From an uncultured Chloroflexia bacterium (GTDB taxonomy: Bacteria > Chloroflexota > Limnocylindria > Limnocylindrales > CSP1-4): 64,000 nt of DNA. How positions within the stretch are numbered: position 1 is the stretch's first letter; each line of letters begins with the position of its first letter. Shown in pieces: positions 48,757 through 57,988 of this stretch. Position numbers and translations under genes: made by a program. Where the stretch lies: assembly GCA_963813335.1 (NCBI GenBank), contig CAWEYL010000003.1, positions 574,372 to 638,371 on the forward strand, in the 5' to 3' direction. The notes below the pieces were generated by a model. The model ran no database searches and was not told the DNA's origin. It saw nothing but the letters and a program-made list of their open reading frames with translations.

Positions 48757-48949
48757 TTACAGCGTGTGGCAACGCGAGTGCCAGTCCGTGCCGGTAGGCG
48801 GCCGGTGTGAGGCGGACACCGACGAACCGCGGCCCCTCCACCAGGATGCGCAGGGCGTTGTGGCGCGATCGGTTGGACCGACACGCGTGCTCGGTGCAGC
48901 GACTACCAGCGCGGCTGGTGACGACGCCGCAGACCGTGCACAGCTTCAC
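48692..48949 (-). pseudogene. Fused remnant: CxxC/CxxH phage-like N-terminus plus putative integrase C-terminus running through the tRNA
   Basis: KLCTVCG..SRCTEH joined to VGVRLTPAAYRHGLALALP.AVMARPTG. Confidence 0.55.
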
Positions 48950-49111
48950 CCGCGAATCGTCGGCGGGCTTGGTGATCTGGTCTATTCGCTCGGGGTGCTG
49001 GGCCTGCGGGGTCAGGCGTGAGCGCTACCCGCGCAGACGACAAGAGCACCCCGATGCGCCAGGGGCGACTCTTTCCGACACGATGGGCCCACGGGCCGCT
49101 ACCGTAGGCGC

Positions 49112-50083
49112 ATGAGAGCGGCAACCCACGACCGATATGGGGGGCCGGAGGTCCTCCGTGTCGAGGAAGTCGCGAAGCCCGAGCCCGCGGACGATGAGGT
49201 TCGGGTCAAAGTCCAAGCGTCCAGCGTCACGCGGACAGACACCGCGCTGCGCAGCGCCGAGTACTGGTTTGCGCGGGCGTTCACGGGCCTCCGACGGCCC
49301 AAGCGCCGGATCGCCGGAATGGAGTTCGCTGGCGTGATCGAGGCAATCGGCGCCTCGGTCACCACGTTCCACGTCGGCAAAGCCGTCTTCGGCATCAAGT
49401 CCGGTGCCAACGCCGAGTACCTGTGCGTCCAGGAGCGGGGCGTGCTAGCTCCCATGCCCGCGGACATGACCTTCGAGGAGGCGGCGGCGGTTGCGGATGG
49501 CGCGCTGACCGCGATGGCGTTCCTCCGGCAGGCGGCGCTCCAGCCGGATCAGCGCGTCCTCGTCTATGGCGCGACCGGGTCCATCGGCACGGCAGCCCTC
49601 CAGCTGGCCCGGCACCTCGGCGCCGAGGTGACAGCTGCCTGCGAGGCTGAGCACGCCGACCTCGCACGCTCGCTCGGTGCGACGACCGTGCTCGACCACC
49701 GCCTCGTCGACGTCACATCGGGAGAACGCCGGTATCACGTGATCCTCGACGCGGTTGGGAAGCTGTCGGCCTGGCGAGCCCGGCGCGCGCTCGTGCCCGC
49801 TGGGGTCTACCTCACAGCCGGCTCGGCTGGGTCACTGCTGCCGGTCCTCGTCCTGTGGCTCGTGACGCGAGGAACCGGGAGGCGGCGAGTCCGGCTCGGC
49901 GTGGCCGAGTACCGGAACGAGGACATCGTGACCTTGACCGGGCTCATCGATCGCGGCGCGTATCGGGCCGTCGTTGACCGGTCGTATCCGCTCGAGGATG
50001 TCGTCGAAGCTCACCGATACGTCGACACGCACCGCAAGATCGGCAACGTCGTCCTCGTCGTCCGTGGCGAGGCCGCGCCATGA
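49112..50083 (+). CDS. NAD(P)-dependent MDR (zinc-free quinone/alcohol) oxidoreductase
   Basis: RYGGPEVL, GATGSIG, VDRSYPL..AH..GNVV. Confidence 0.9.
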   Translation: MRAATHDRYGGPEVLRVEEVAKPEPADDEVRVKVQASSVTRTDTALRSAEYWFARAFTGLRRPKRRIAGMEFAGVIEAIGASVTTFHVGKAVFGIKSGANAEYLCVQERGVLAPMPADMTFEEAAAVADGALTAMAFLRQAALQPDQRVLVYGATGSIGTAALQLARHLGAEVTAACEAEHADLARSLGATTVLDHRLVDVTSGERRYHVILDAVGKLSAWRARRALVPAGVYLTAGSAGSLLPVLVLWLVTRGTGRRRVRLGVAEYRNEDIVTLTGLIDRGAYRAVVDRSYPLEDVVEAHRYVDTHRKIGNVVLVVRGEAAP

Positions 50084-50279
50084 CGCCCAGCTGGACACGC
50101 GTGACAGGGAAGCCCTAGTCCGGGACCGCGGCGACCCGGACACCGAGTCCGATGAGCGCCGTTCCTGTCCCTCATCGGGCCGTGCGACTGACCCGTGGCG
50201 CCGCGGACCGCGGCGCGTGACTGCGCCCTGCGCCGGGGCGAGATGCGGTGTTGTTCTCGGTTGCCTCGGTGAGCGTCAG

Positions 50280-50314
50280 GCTCGACGCAGGCACACTCCG
50301 TGCCTGCGTCGAGC
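50280..50314. terminator. 15-bp perfect hairpin between convergent genes
   Basis: GCTCGACGCAGGCAC-N5-GTGCCTGCGTCGAGC. Confidence 0.6.
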
Positions 50315-50323
50315 ACCGATGAC

Positions 50324-50821
50324 TCAGGCGTGGGCTTGCTGTTGCAGTCGGTCGGCCGTCGCGACATCTGCAGCGTCGGAGTACGTTCGGGGCCAGGTCC
50401 ATGCGGAGCGCAGGATGAAGGCCAGGATCAGCACCTCGATTCCGATGGAGAGGCCGTAGAAGGACGCCCACTCCCAGGTCGCCCCTGCCGCGTTGAACGC
50501 CGAGTAGGGGATGAGGAGCGATGCAACGACGAGGTTCGTGGCGCGGTTCACCCGGGCTGGCAGCGTCATGGAGAGCATCACCATCAGGGCCGGGATCGCC
50601 ACGGACGCGAGCATGAAGGTCAACAACGTCGGGCTGACGTCGAACTTCCAGACGAGGCCATGCAGGATGCCGTCGACGACGCCGGGCTTGTAGAGGTTGA
50701 AGAAGTCGACGTAGATGTAGAGGAACATGAAGCTGGTCCATGCGGCGGCGATCTTGGCCTGCACCGGGATCGGCGGGCCTGTCAAAGCGCTGTTGATGGG
50801 GACAGGTCGTGTCTTGTTCAT
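50324..50821 (-). CDS. DUF6326-like small membrane protein
   Basis: KIAAAW..MFLYIYVD..YKPG; AAGGAG RBS. Confidence 0.75.
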   Translation of the reverse strand: MNKTRPVPINSALTGPPIPVQAKIAAAWTSFMFLYIYVDFFNLYKPGVVDGILHGLVWKFDVSPTLLTFMLASVAIPALMVMLSMTLPARVNRATNLVVASLLIPYSAFNAAGATWEWASFYGLSIGIEVLILAFILRSAWTWPRTYSDAADVATADRLQQQAHA

Positions 50822-50917
50822 GGTTTGCTCCTTCGTTCGCTTGGTGAGCCGTCCGCCTGACAGCGGTGGCTGGTGTACGGGTGGCGCTGTGGTGGGTCGT
50901 GACACCTGGTCCGACGT

Positions 50918-51958
50918 TCAGACGGAGATGACGACCTTGCCGCGGGTGTGGCCGGCGCCGACGTAGCGGAGGGCCTCGGCCGCCTCGCTCAGCGGGTAGG
51001 TACGGTCGATGACCGGCGTGAGTTGCGCCGCCTCGAGAAGCTCGGCCAGATCAAGCAGGTCGCGGCGCTTCCTGAATGAGGTGAACGGCCGCAGGGTCTG
51101 GCGCGTGAACAGCGACCGCGCGCGCGCCTTGACGACCCGGCCCAGGGGTCCGACCCATCGGCCGCCTCGACCGCTGTTGGGGATGAGGGTGCCGGTGGGT
51201 GTGAGCGCCCGTCGGACCTCCGACAGGGACTGCGCTTCCACGTTGTCGAAGATGACGTCGTAGCGCAGCCCCGTCCGGGTGAAGTCCGTGCGCGTGTAAT
51301 CGATGACGTGGTCGGCGCCCACCGACCGGACCAGCTCCATGTTGCGGGTGCTGCATACCCCGGTCACCTCTGCCCCGAGCGCCTTGGCGATCTGCACGGC
51401 AAACGTCCCGACGCCGCCAGATGCGCCCGTGACGAGCACCGTGTGCCCCGGTTGCACGTGCGCGATGTCGCGCAGAGCCTGCAGTGCGGTGATCGCCGAG
51501 GTGGGCACCGCGGCTCCTTGCGCCATGGTCAGCCTGCCGGGTTTGCGCACCAGCTGGTCCGACGGCACGCTCGCGTACTCCGCCAGCGTCCCGGTGGTGC
51601 TCCAGCCGAACACCTCATCACCCGGTCGGAGGTCCGTGACCGCCGCGCCGACGGCTTCCACCACGCCGGCGACGTCCCTGCCCGGGATCGGGGACCGGGG
51701 CCGGCGAAGTCCGAACGCCAGCCGCACCATGTGCGGCGCGCCGGTCATGAGGAAGTAGTCGCCGGGGTGGACCGAAGCGGCGTGGACGCCGACCAGGACG
51801 TCGCCGTCCCCCACGACCGGCCGACCCACATCCGTGTACTCGAGCACCTCGGGAAGCCCGTAGCGGCGTTGCATCACAGCCTTCATCCCCGCCTCGGCCG
51901 GCAAGGCGTGGCTGACCAGGGCTTGGCCGCGGTCACTGGTTGTTCCCATTGCCTGCAT
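50918..51958 (-). CDS. NAD(P)-dependent MDR oxidoreductase
   Basis: GASGGVGTFAVQIAK, PVIDRTYPL, RGKVVI. Confidence 0.92.
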   Translation of the reverse strand: MQAMGTTSDRGQALVSHALPAEAGMKAVMQRRYGLPEVLEYTDVGRPVVGDGDVLVGVHAASVHPGDYFLMTGAPHMVRLAFGLRRPRSPIPGRDVAGVVEAVGAAVTDLRPGDEVFGWSTTGTLAEYASVPSDQLVRKPGRLTMAQGAAVPTSAITALQALRDIAHVQPGHTVLVTGASGGVGTFAVQIAKALGAEVTGVCSTRNMELVRSVGADHVIDYTRTDFTRTGLRYDVIFDNVEAQSLSEVRRALTPTGTLIPNSGRGGRWVGPLGRVVKARARSLFTRQTLRPFTSFRKRRDLLDLAELLEAAQLTPVIDRTYPLSEAAEALRYVGAGHTRGKVVISV

Positions 51959-51986
51959 TGATCTCTCCTCGTGTGCTGCGTTGGTG

Positions 51987-52012
51987 CTTATGGCATAAGC
52001 TTATGGCATAAG
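51987..52012. promoter_or_regulatory. Two abutting palindromic TetR operators
   Basis: CTTATG-G-CATAAG twice between divergent genes. Confidence 0.75.
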
Positions 52013-52046
52013 GTATCATGGCGTCAAGGGCATTCGAGGAGAACAC

Positions 52047-52712
52047 GTGATGGCACGCCGCACGACTCAGAAGCGAGCGCCGCTCACCCGGGACCGCGTG
52101 CTGCGCGCGGCGCTGGAGCTCGCCGACGAGGGCGACACCGCGGCGCTGACGATGCAGCGGATCGGGCAGCGGCTCGGCGTGGAGGCGATGTCGCTCTACC
52201 GACACGTTCGCAACAAGGACGACATCCTCGACGGGATCGTCGACCTCGTCTTCGCCGAGATCGAGCTGCCGGCAGATCGCTCGAACTGGCGAACGGTGCT
52301 CCGTGCCCAAGCGATCTCGACCCGCGCGGCCCTGCGCCGGCATCCTTGGGCGATCACGCTCATGGAATCGCGATTGACGCCCGGCCCGGCCAACTTCCGC
52401 ACACACGAGGACACCATCACCGTCCTGCTCGACGCCGGGTGCTCGGCGGTCATGGCGGTACATGCCTACAACCTTCTCGACAGCTACGTGCTCGGGTTCG
52501 CGCTGCAGGAGGTCAACTTCCCCTTCAGCAACGCCGAGGAGCTGGCAGCCATGAGCGAGGAGGTGCTCGCCAACCTGCAGGCGGACGAGTACCCGAACTC
52601 TGCGCGCGTCGCGAGGGAGCTCCTCACGTCCGGCTTCGACTACGCCGACGAGTTCGAGTTTGGGCTCGACCTCATCCTCGACGCCCTCGGGCCGGTCCTG
52701 CCGGGAGCCTGA
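52047..52712 (+). CDS. TetR family regulator (TetR_C type)
   Basis: LTMQRIGQRLGVEAMSLYRHVRNK, FEFGLDLILD. Confidence 0.93.
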   Translation: MMARRTTQKRAPLTRDRVLRAALELADEGDTAALTMQRIGQRLGVEAMSLYRHVRNKDDILDGIVDLVFAEIELPADRSNWRTVLRAQAISTRAALRRHPWAITLMESRLTPGPANFRTHEDTITVLLDAGCSAVMAVHAYNLLDSYVLGFALQEVNFPFSNAEELAAMSEEVLANLQADEYPNSARVARELLTSGFDYADEFEFGLDLILDALGPVLPGA

Positions 52713-52845
52713 TCGCCGGGCGACCGGTCAAGCGGGCCGGGCCCACGGCGGGTCCCAGCCTGCGCCGACGGACGGCTACTACCTGCTGGCACGAGTGATC
52801 ACTGCGGCAATCGTTGCGGTAGCCCAGCGCTCGGCCGGTGCGAAT

Positions 52846-52900
52846 TCAGCTGGGCTCGAGGCTCGCCACCACCAGCCAGCCCTCGGCCCGGCCGTGGTGA
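52846..52900 (-). pseudogene. C-terminal remnant of the island HTH gene
   Basis: GRAEGWLVVASLEPS* matches GRAEGWLFVAELEPS in the 55089-55412 ORF. Confidence 0.65.
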
Positions 52901-52904
52901 CCGC

Positions 52905-53279
52905 CTACGGATACGAGGTCCAGGCCAACCAGGCCGTGGCAGCGTTCCATCCCAGCCCGACGACGATGAGGAACTTGTCGTACAGCCCCGAGTACGTCGG
53001 CAGGCCGATGAGGTTGAAGGCGAAGAGACCGACCGCGGCGATGACGCTGACCCAGCGAAGCGTCTGCCCGGACAACGTCACGGACAGGACGACCATGACG
53101 ATCGGAATCAGCATCAGGACGGCGACGAACATCAGCGCCGCCGGGACCATCTCCTGCTTGAGGCCGCCGAACTGGCCCGGGGTGGCGTCGCCGCTCCAGA
53201 ACCGCAAGACGTCCCCCAGCAGGTAGGTGAGCATCAGGGCTACCCACAGCGCTGACAGCTTGATCTGCACCTCTGGCAT
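52905..53279 (-). CDS. DUF6326-like small membrane protein (second copy)
   Basis: KLSALWVALMLTYLLGD..IPIVMVVLS. Confidence 0.7.
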   Translation of the reverse strand: MPEVQIKLSALWVALMLTYLLGDVLRFWSGDATPGQFGGLKQEMVPAALMFVAVLMLIPIVMVVLSVTLSGQTLRWVSVIAAVGLFAFNLIGLPTYSGLYDKFLIVVGLGWNAATAWLAWTSYP

Positions 53280-53404
53280 CGATCGGCTCCGTTCTCGATC
53301 AAGTGAGCTTTGGGGTTGAAGGCCATGCCTCGCGTCGATCCACCGGCTCGGTGGGCGCTGAACGGATCTGCCCGTCGGCATCGGCTCGTTCATGCGGCCA
53401 CCCC

Positions 53405-54379
53405 TCAGGCCACTGCCCGATCGATCGCGATGACCACGGTCCCTCGCGCATGTCCTGCTGCGACACGCCCGATCGCCTTGGGCGCCTCTCGCAGTGGCCA
53501 GGTCCCGGCGATCACCGGTTTGACCTTCCCCGCCTCGACGAGGTCCTTGAGGACCAGCAGGTCAGCTCGGTTCTCGAACTTGGGGGACGGTTTGCCCTGC
53601 TGGCGCACAAACATCGACACGATCGCGAGCCGGATCACGCGACCGATCGCGCCGCCGGCGTGTCCGCCCCCGTTCGAGAGCAGCTTCCCGTTGGAGGCGA
53701 GGGCTCGCCTCGTCGCCGACATGGAGTGGTCCCCCACGTTGTCGAGGATGAGGTCGTAGCGCCGTCCGCCCTTCCTGAAGTCCTCCTTCGTGTAGTCGAT
53801 GACGTGGTCGGCGCCGAGCGAGCGGACCAGCTCCACGTTCTTCGTGCTGCATACGCCGGTCACCTCGGCACCGAACGCCTTGGCGATCTGAACGGCGAAC
53901 GTGCCCACGCCTCCGGATGCCCCGTTGATGAGGACCTTCAACCCGGGCTGGAGGTGTCCGTCATCGCGCAGGAGCTGGAGTGCGGTCGTCGCGGACACGC
54001 CGACGGCGGCCGCCTGGTCGAACGTGAGATTGGCTGGCTTGAGCGCGAAGTGGTCCTCGCTCGCTGACGCGTACTCAGCGAAGGCGCCCATGCACCACCC
54101 GAACACGTCGTCACCGGGGCGTAGTCCGTTCACGTCCTTGCCAACCGCTTCGACCGTCCCCGCGATGTCCGTCCCTGGAACACGGTTCCTCGGCTTGCGG
54201 AGTCCGGTCGCCAGCCGCATGAGGAATGGCGAGCCCGTCATGACGATCACGTCACCGACATGGATCGACGCGGCATGGACACGGACCAGGACTTCGCCGT
54301 CGCCGATCTCGGGACGATCGATGTCCCGTGACTCCAGGACCTCGGCCGCGCCGTACCGGTCCTGAACGATGGCTTGCAT
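53405..54379 (-). CDS. NAD(P)-dependent MDR oxidoreductase (paralog of 50918-51958)
   Basis: GASGGVGTFAVQIAK, GADHVIDYT; AGGAG RBS. Confidence 0.92.
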   Translation of the reverse strand: MQAIVQDRYGAAEVLESRDIDRPEIGDGEVLVRVHAASIHVGDVIVMTGSPFLMRLATGLRKPRNRVPGTDIAGTVEAVGKDVNGLRPGDDVFGWCMGAFAEYASASEDHFALKPANLTFDQAAAVGVSATTALQLLRDDGHLQPGLKVLINGASGGVGTFAVQIAKAFGAEVTGVCSTKNVELVRSLGADHVIDYTKEDFRKGGRRYDLILDNVGDHSMSATRRALASNGKLLSNGGGHAGGAIGRVIRLAIVSMFVRQQGKPSPKFENRADLLVLKDLVEAGKVKPVIAGTWPLREAPKAIGRVAAGHARGTVVIAIDRAVA

Positions 54380-54397
54380 GGATGGAGTCTCCTGTGG

Positions 54398-54441
54398 CTT
54401 TACGATGTAAAGTTGTCGCATCGGACTTTACGCTGTAAAGT
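54398..54441. promoter_or_regulatory. Two palindromic TetR operators
   Basis: CTTTAC-GAT-GTAAAG (54398-54412) and ACTTTAC-GCT-GTAAAGT (54425-54441). Confidence 0.75.
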
Positions 54442-54495
54442 GGGTGAATGTCAACCCCGGAATCGTGCGGTTGACCGAGTCCCGGAGGAGGGCCT

Positions 54496-55218
54496 ATGAC
54501 GCACACGAGCAAGCGAGCACAGCGACGCGCCCCGCTGAGCCGGGACCTCGTACTCGACACCGCGGTCAAGCTCGCCGATCGGGGTGGGCTCGCGTCCCTG
54601 AGCATGCGGAACCTCGGCCAGGAGCTCGGGGTCGAGGCGATGGCCCTCTACTACCACTTCGCCAACAAGGACGAGGTGATCGACGGGATGGTCGATCTCG
54701 TCTTCAGCGAGATCGATCTGCCTGCCAGCGGAGCCGACTGGAAGACCGCCATGCGTCAACGGGCGATCTCGCTCCGAGACGCGTTGCTGCGCCACCGCTG
54801 GGCAATCGGCCTGATGGAGTCGCGGCGAAAGCCAGGGCCGGCGAACCTGCGCCACCACGACGCGGTGATCGGCACGCTGCGGTCGGCAGGCCTCGACATG
54901 CCGACGATCGCGCACGCGTACTCGCTCTTGGACAGCTACATCTACGGTTTCGCCCTGTTTCTGGTGAACCTCCCATTCGATCCCTCGGAGGAGGTCGCGG
55001 AGTTGGGCCAGGTCACGCTCCGGGCGTTCCCCCTCGACGCCTACCCCAACCTCGTCGCGTACATCTCAGCGATGAGGCCCGGCTACGACTACGGGGACGA
55101 ATTCGAGTACGGTCTCGACCTGGTACTTGACGGCCTCGGGAGCGCAGCGGGATCTTCACGATCTGAGCTCGGCTCCAGCTCTGCGACGAACAGCCACCCC
55201 TCCGCCCGCCCTCGGTAG
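54496..55218 (+). CDS. TetR family regulator (paralog of 52047-52712)
   Basis: LSMRNLGQELGVEAMALYYHFANK, FEYGLDLVLD. Confidence 0.92.
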   Translation: MTHTSKRAQRRAPLSRDLVLDTAVKLADRGGLASLSMRNLGQELGVEAMALYYHFANKDEVIDGMVDLVFSEIDLPASGADWKTAMRQRAISLRDALLRHRWAIGLMESRRKPGPANLRHHDAVIGTLRSAGLDMPTIAHAYSLLDSYIYGFALFLVNLPFDPSEEVAELGQVTLRAFPLDAYPNLVAYISAMRPGYDYGDEFEYGLDLVLDGLGSAAGSSRSELGSSSATNSHPSARPR

Positions 55219-55412
55219 ATCAGCTGCTCGGTACTGAGACCAGATCGTGCTCGCAGGTCCGCGAGATGCCGCTTCGCTGTACTAGGCCGGATGCCAACCC
55301 GCGCTGCGGCGTCGGACACGGATCCGCCGACCTCGACGAAGGCGGCGAGGACGTCGACCTGACGGGCGGTCCGAGTCGTAAGAGGCTCGCCGCGTAGGCG
55401 TCCGTCCCTCAT
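55089..55412 (-). CDS. Small HTH DNA-binding protein of the integrated element
   Basis: TARQVDVL..AAARVGIRPSTAKRHLADLR; ATG overlaps the TGA of the putative integrase tail. Confidence 0.65.
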   Translation of the reverse strand: MRDGRLRGEPLTTRTARQVDVLAAFVEVGGSVSDAAARVGIRPSTAKRHLADLRARSGLSTEQLIYRGRAEGWLFVAELEPSSDREDPAALPRPSSTRSRPYSNSSP

Positions 55413-55578
55413 GCACGCAACCCGGCCGCGGCCAGCCACTCATCGCGGCCCTCGATCGGGATGCGGTAGGTGTAGGTTGAAATCGCGCGCCCAACACCTG
55501 TCGGGCGCGCCATTACAGCCTCTTCCGGCAGCGCCAGCACCAATCCGTTGGCATAGGCCGCCGCGGTCAGCCGGATCA
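55409..55578 (-). pseudogene. Putative integrase C-terminal remnant spanning the att core
   Basis: IRLTAAAYANGLVLALPEEAVMARPTGVGRAISTYTYRIPIEGRDEWL...*. Confidence 0.6.
55497..55519 (+). repeat. att-like direct repeat of the tRNA-Arg 3' end
   Basis: CCTGTCGGGCGCGCCATTACAGC identical to 48741-48763. Confidence 0.9.
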
Positions 55579-56208
55579 CGCGCGAGAAGGGCGTGGGTCG
55601 TCCACCGCGTTGACGAGGCGCAGCATGAGATCGACGGCCTCCGCGTCGGAGAGCCCGTTGTCGGTCAACGATCGCCACGTCGGGTACGCCATCGCATGAC
55701 CGATGGCGACCATCCTGAGGCGCTGGGTCGAGCCGTCGCCGGACCATCCACGAGCGAGAACCGAGAACAGCTCCGTCATGTGCTCGAGGAACGGTTCCAC
55801 GCCGCCGACCCGGATCATCGTCGGCAGATCCCGGATGACGTTCCCGACGACCCGGGCGTTCGCTCGGTAGTACGGGTAGAGCTCGCCGAGAGCGTGGCGG
55901 AGACGGGCAGGCGGATCGTCGATCGCGGCCCAGCCTTCCCCGGTGGGGATGTGCGTGACCTGGAGACCGTGCTCCGTGCAGGCGCGGAAGAGCGAGCCCA
56001 GGTCGGGAAAGTGGTGGTAGACGGTGTGGCGCTGGACGCCGGCCAGCTCGGCGACCGCGCTGATCGACGTCTGCGCCGGCCCGACCGTGCTGTGCAGCTC
56101 GAAGGCCGCCTTGGTGATGCGCTGGCGCGTTGCCTCCCATTGCACGCGCCGTTCTCGCATCTGGTATGCGCGTTTTCTCGTTGGCCTCTTGGGTACAGTC
56201 ATGTGCAC
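55576..56208 (-). CDS. TetR family regulator
   Basis: TSISAVAELAGVQRHTVYHHFP. Confidence 0.9.
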   Translation of the reverse strand: MHMTVPKRPTRKRAYQMRERRVQWEATRQRITKAAFELHSTVGPAQTSISAVAELAGVQRHTVYHHFPDLGSLFRACTEHGLQVTHIPTGEGWAAIDDPPARLRHALGELYPYYRANARVVGNVIRDLPTMIRVGGVEPFLEHMTELFSVLARGWSGDGSTQRLRMVAIGHAMAYPTWRSLTDNGLSDAEAVDLMLRLVNAVDDPRPSRA

Positions 56209-56254
56209 CGAAAGTATTGACGAACCCGCCCCGGATGGCTAGTCTCAATTTAGA

Positions 56255-56270
56255 TGCACAGTATTGTGCA
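56255..56270. promoter_or_regulatory. Palindromic operator candidate
   Basis: TGCACA-GTAT-TGTGCA between the divergent TetR and hydrolase genes. Confidence 0.6.
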
Positions 56271-56290
56271 CATAGCCCTGAGGCGGCAAG

Positions 56291-57376
56291 GTGCCAACGC
56301 TGAGGACTGCCCACTTCGTGATGGCACTCGTCGCCACGGTCGCGACGACCACCGCGCTCGGCGCCTGCAGTGGTCCTGCGGTGCCATTGCCACCGACATT
56401 CGCACCGACCGGTCCTGTCCGGACAAGCATCTCGACGTCGGGAGAGTCGACCGGCTCCAGCGAGCCAGCTTCGACCTCGGGATCACCCGAGACGACAAGC
56501 GCATTCGAGGCAGGCGCGAGGACGCTGCGGACGATCGCCGGGGCGAGCGCGGCAAGTTCGCACCTCACCATCGGCCGCGCGCTATCGGCCAACACCGTCT
56601 ACACGAGCCACGCGGCCGCGTACACGAGTGACGGTCTGACGATCTCGGCGGTCCTGCATCAGCCCGTGGCACCCGGTCCGCACCCGGGCGTGGTGCTCGT
56701 GCACGGCTTTGTCGACCCGGCGAACTACACCACCGGCGCGGAGTTGCAGCGCGAGCAGGATCATCTGGCGCGTGCCGGGTACGTCGTGCTCTACACGGAC
56801 CTGCGCGGGCTTGGGGGATCGGACCCAGCACCCAGTGGCCCACCGGATCTGGAGATGGGCGCGACGGACGATGTCATCAACGCCGTCAGCGCCCTGGCGG
56901 CCTCAGGTCTACCAGGCTTGGACGCAAAGAGGATCGGACTGCTCGGTCATTCGCTCGGCGGTCTGCTCGTCCTCAACGTACTCGTGGCCAAGCCGGGTCT
57001 CGTCGATGCTGTCGCGGCTTTCGCCCCCTCGGGCACGGATCGCTTCGAGGATGCCCAGCTGTACCTGGCCCATGACGACCCGATCTACCTGGCTCTCGTC
57101 GCCGCCCACGGCACGCCGACCACCGATCCCGAATACTGGGCGGACGTTTCACCGCGCACGTTCGTCGACCGAGTCACAGACCCGCTGCTGATCGTGCAAG
57201 GCGACGCCGACGTCGACGTCCCTCCTGCCGGGACGAAGGACACGGTCGCGATCTGGCAAAAGGCCGGTAAGGACGTCGAGTTCGTCACCCTCGAGGGTGA
57301 GGATCACGTGTTCCGAGCGCGCTGGAACGAAGCGATGGAAGCGGTGATCGCCTTCTTTGCCAAGCATCTCAAGTAG
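56291..57376 (+). CDS. Alpha/beta hydrolase (S9 peptidase-like) lipoprotein
   Basis: LGAC lipobox, GHSLGG, QGDADVDV, EDH. Confidence 0.85.
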   Translation: MPTLRTAHFVMALVATVATTTALGACSGPAVPLPPTFAPTGPVRTSISTSGESTGSSEPASTSGSPETTSAFEAGARTLRTIAGASAASSHLTIGRALSANTVYTSHAAAYTSDGLTISAVLHQPVAPGPHPGVVLVHGFVDPANYTTGAELQREQDHLARAGYVVLYTDLRGLGGSDPAPSGPPDLEMGATDDVINAVSALAASGLPGLDAKRIGLLGHSLGGLLVLNVLVAKPGLVDAVAAFAPSGTDRFEDAQLYLAHDDPIYLALVAAHGTPTTDPEYWADVSPRTFVDRVTDPLLIVQGDADVDVPPAGTKDTVAIWQKAGKDVEFVTLEGEDHVFRARWNEAMEAVIAFFAKHLK

Positions 57377-57477
57377 CGCGATCCGATCCGACCCGTGGTT
57401 CGCCCGTCGTGACCAGGGATACAGCCTTCAGCCCAGTCGCGCGGCCACGATTCGGCCATCGCGGCAGCCGCGCAGCC

Positions 57478-57507
57478 TCGCAGGTTCGAGTCCTGTCGGG
57501 CGCGCCA
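57478..57507 (+). repeat. att-like 30-bp duplicate of the tRNA-Arg 3' end
   Basis: TCGCAGGTTCGAGTCCTGTCGGGCGCGCCA identical to 48727-48756. Confidence 0.92.
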
Positions 57508-57616
57508 GAACGCATGTTCTATATCCGTTCCCAACGGCAACCGTCCTCGCCCCGTCGGGCTGACCTACGACATCGAGCCTCGCTCAGGGCCTCGGGGTGT
57601 CGCTCGAGTTCAGGGG

Positions 57617-57736
57617 CGGTTGCGCGATGAGGTCGATCTCGGGCAACTCGCCATCGAGATGAAAGGTGCGGTCGAGCGCACCGTCGAGCCAGTGACCGTC
57701 TCGGTTTGGCTGCGGCATCGAGCGTTCTGGGAATGA
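57617..57736 (+). pseudogene. C-terminal remnant of a membrane protein family
   Basis: RLRDEVDL.......VERTVEP..VSVWLR motif with no upstream coding body. Confidence 0.5.
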
Positions 57737-57988
57737 CTATCATCGGACGCCGTCCGGAGTCGAGTTCGAGACTCGACATCAGACCGAGACGGTCGCTGGC
57801 GCGGTCTATTCGCCTGCGGTCCTACGCCCGGGAGGCCATGCTCGTTAGCCACCCATGCGGCAGCCGCGGCGCGAGCTACGGAAATGGCGTGGCGCCAGGC
57901 CGGATTCCGCGAGTTCGTTTGTCATCGCCGTTGATGCTAGGTCGATGGTTCCGACGAAGGGTGTCGCGAGTTCGGGCCGATGCCCCGG

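Noticed and set aside
57478-57507. Second tRNA-Arg gene
   Set aside because: Only the T-arm and 3' acceptor strand are present
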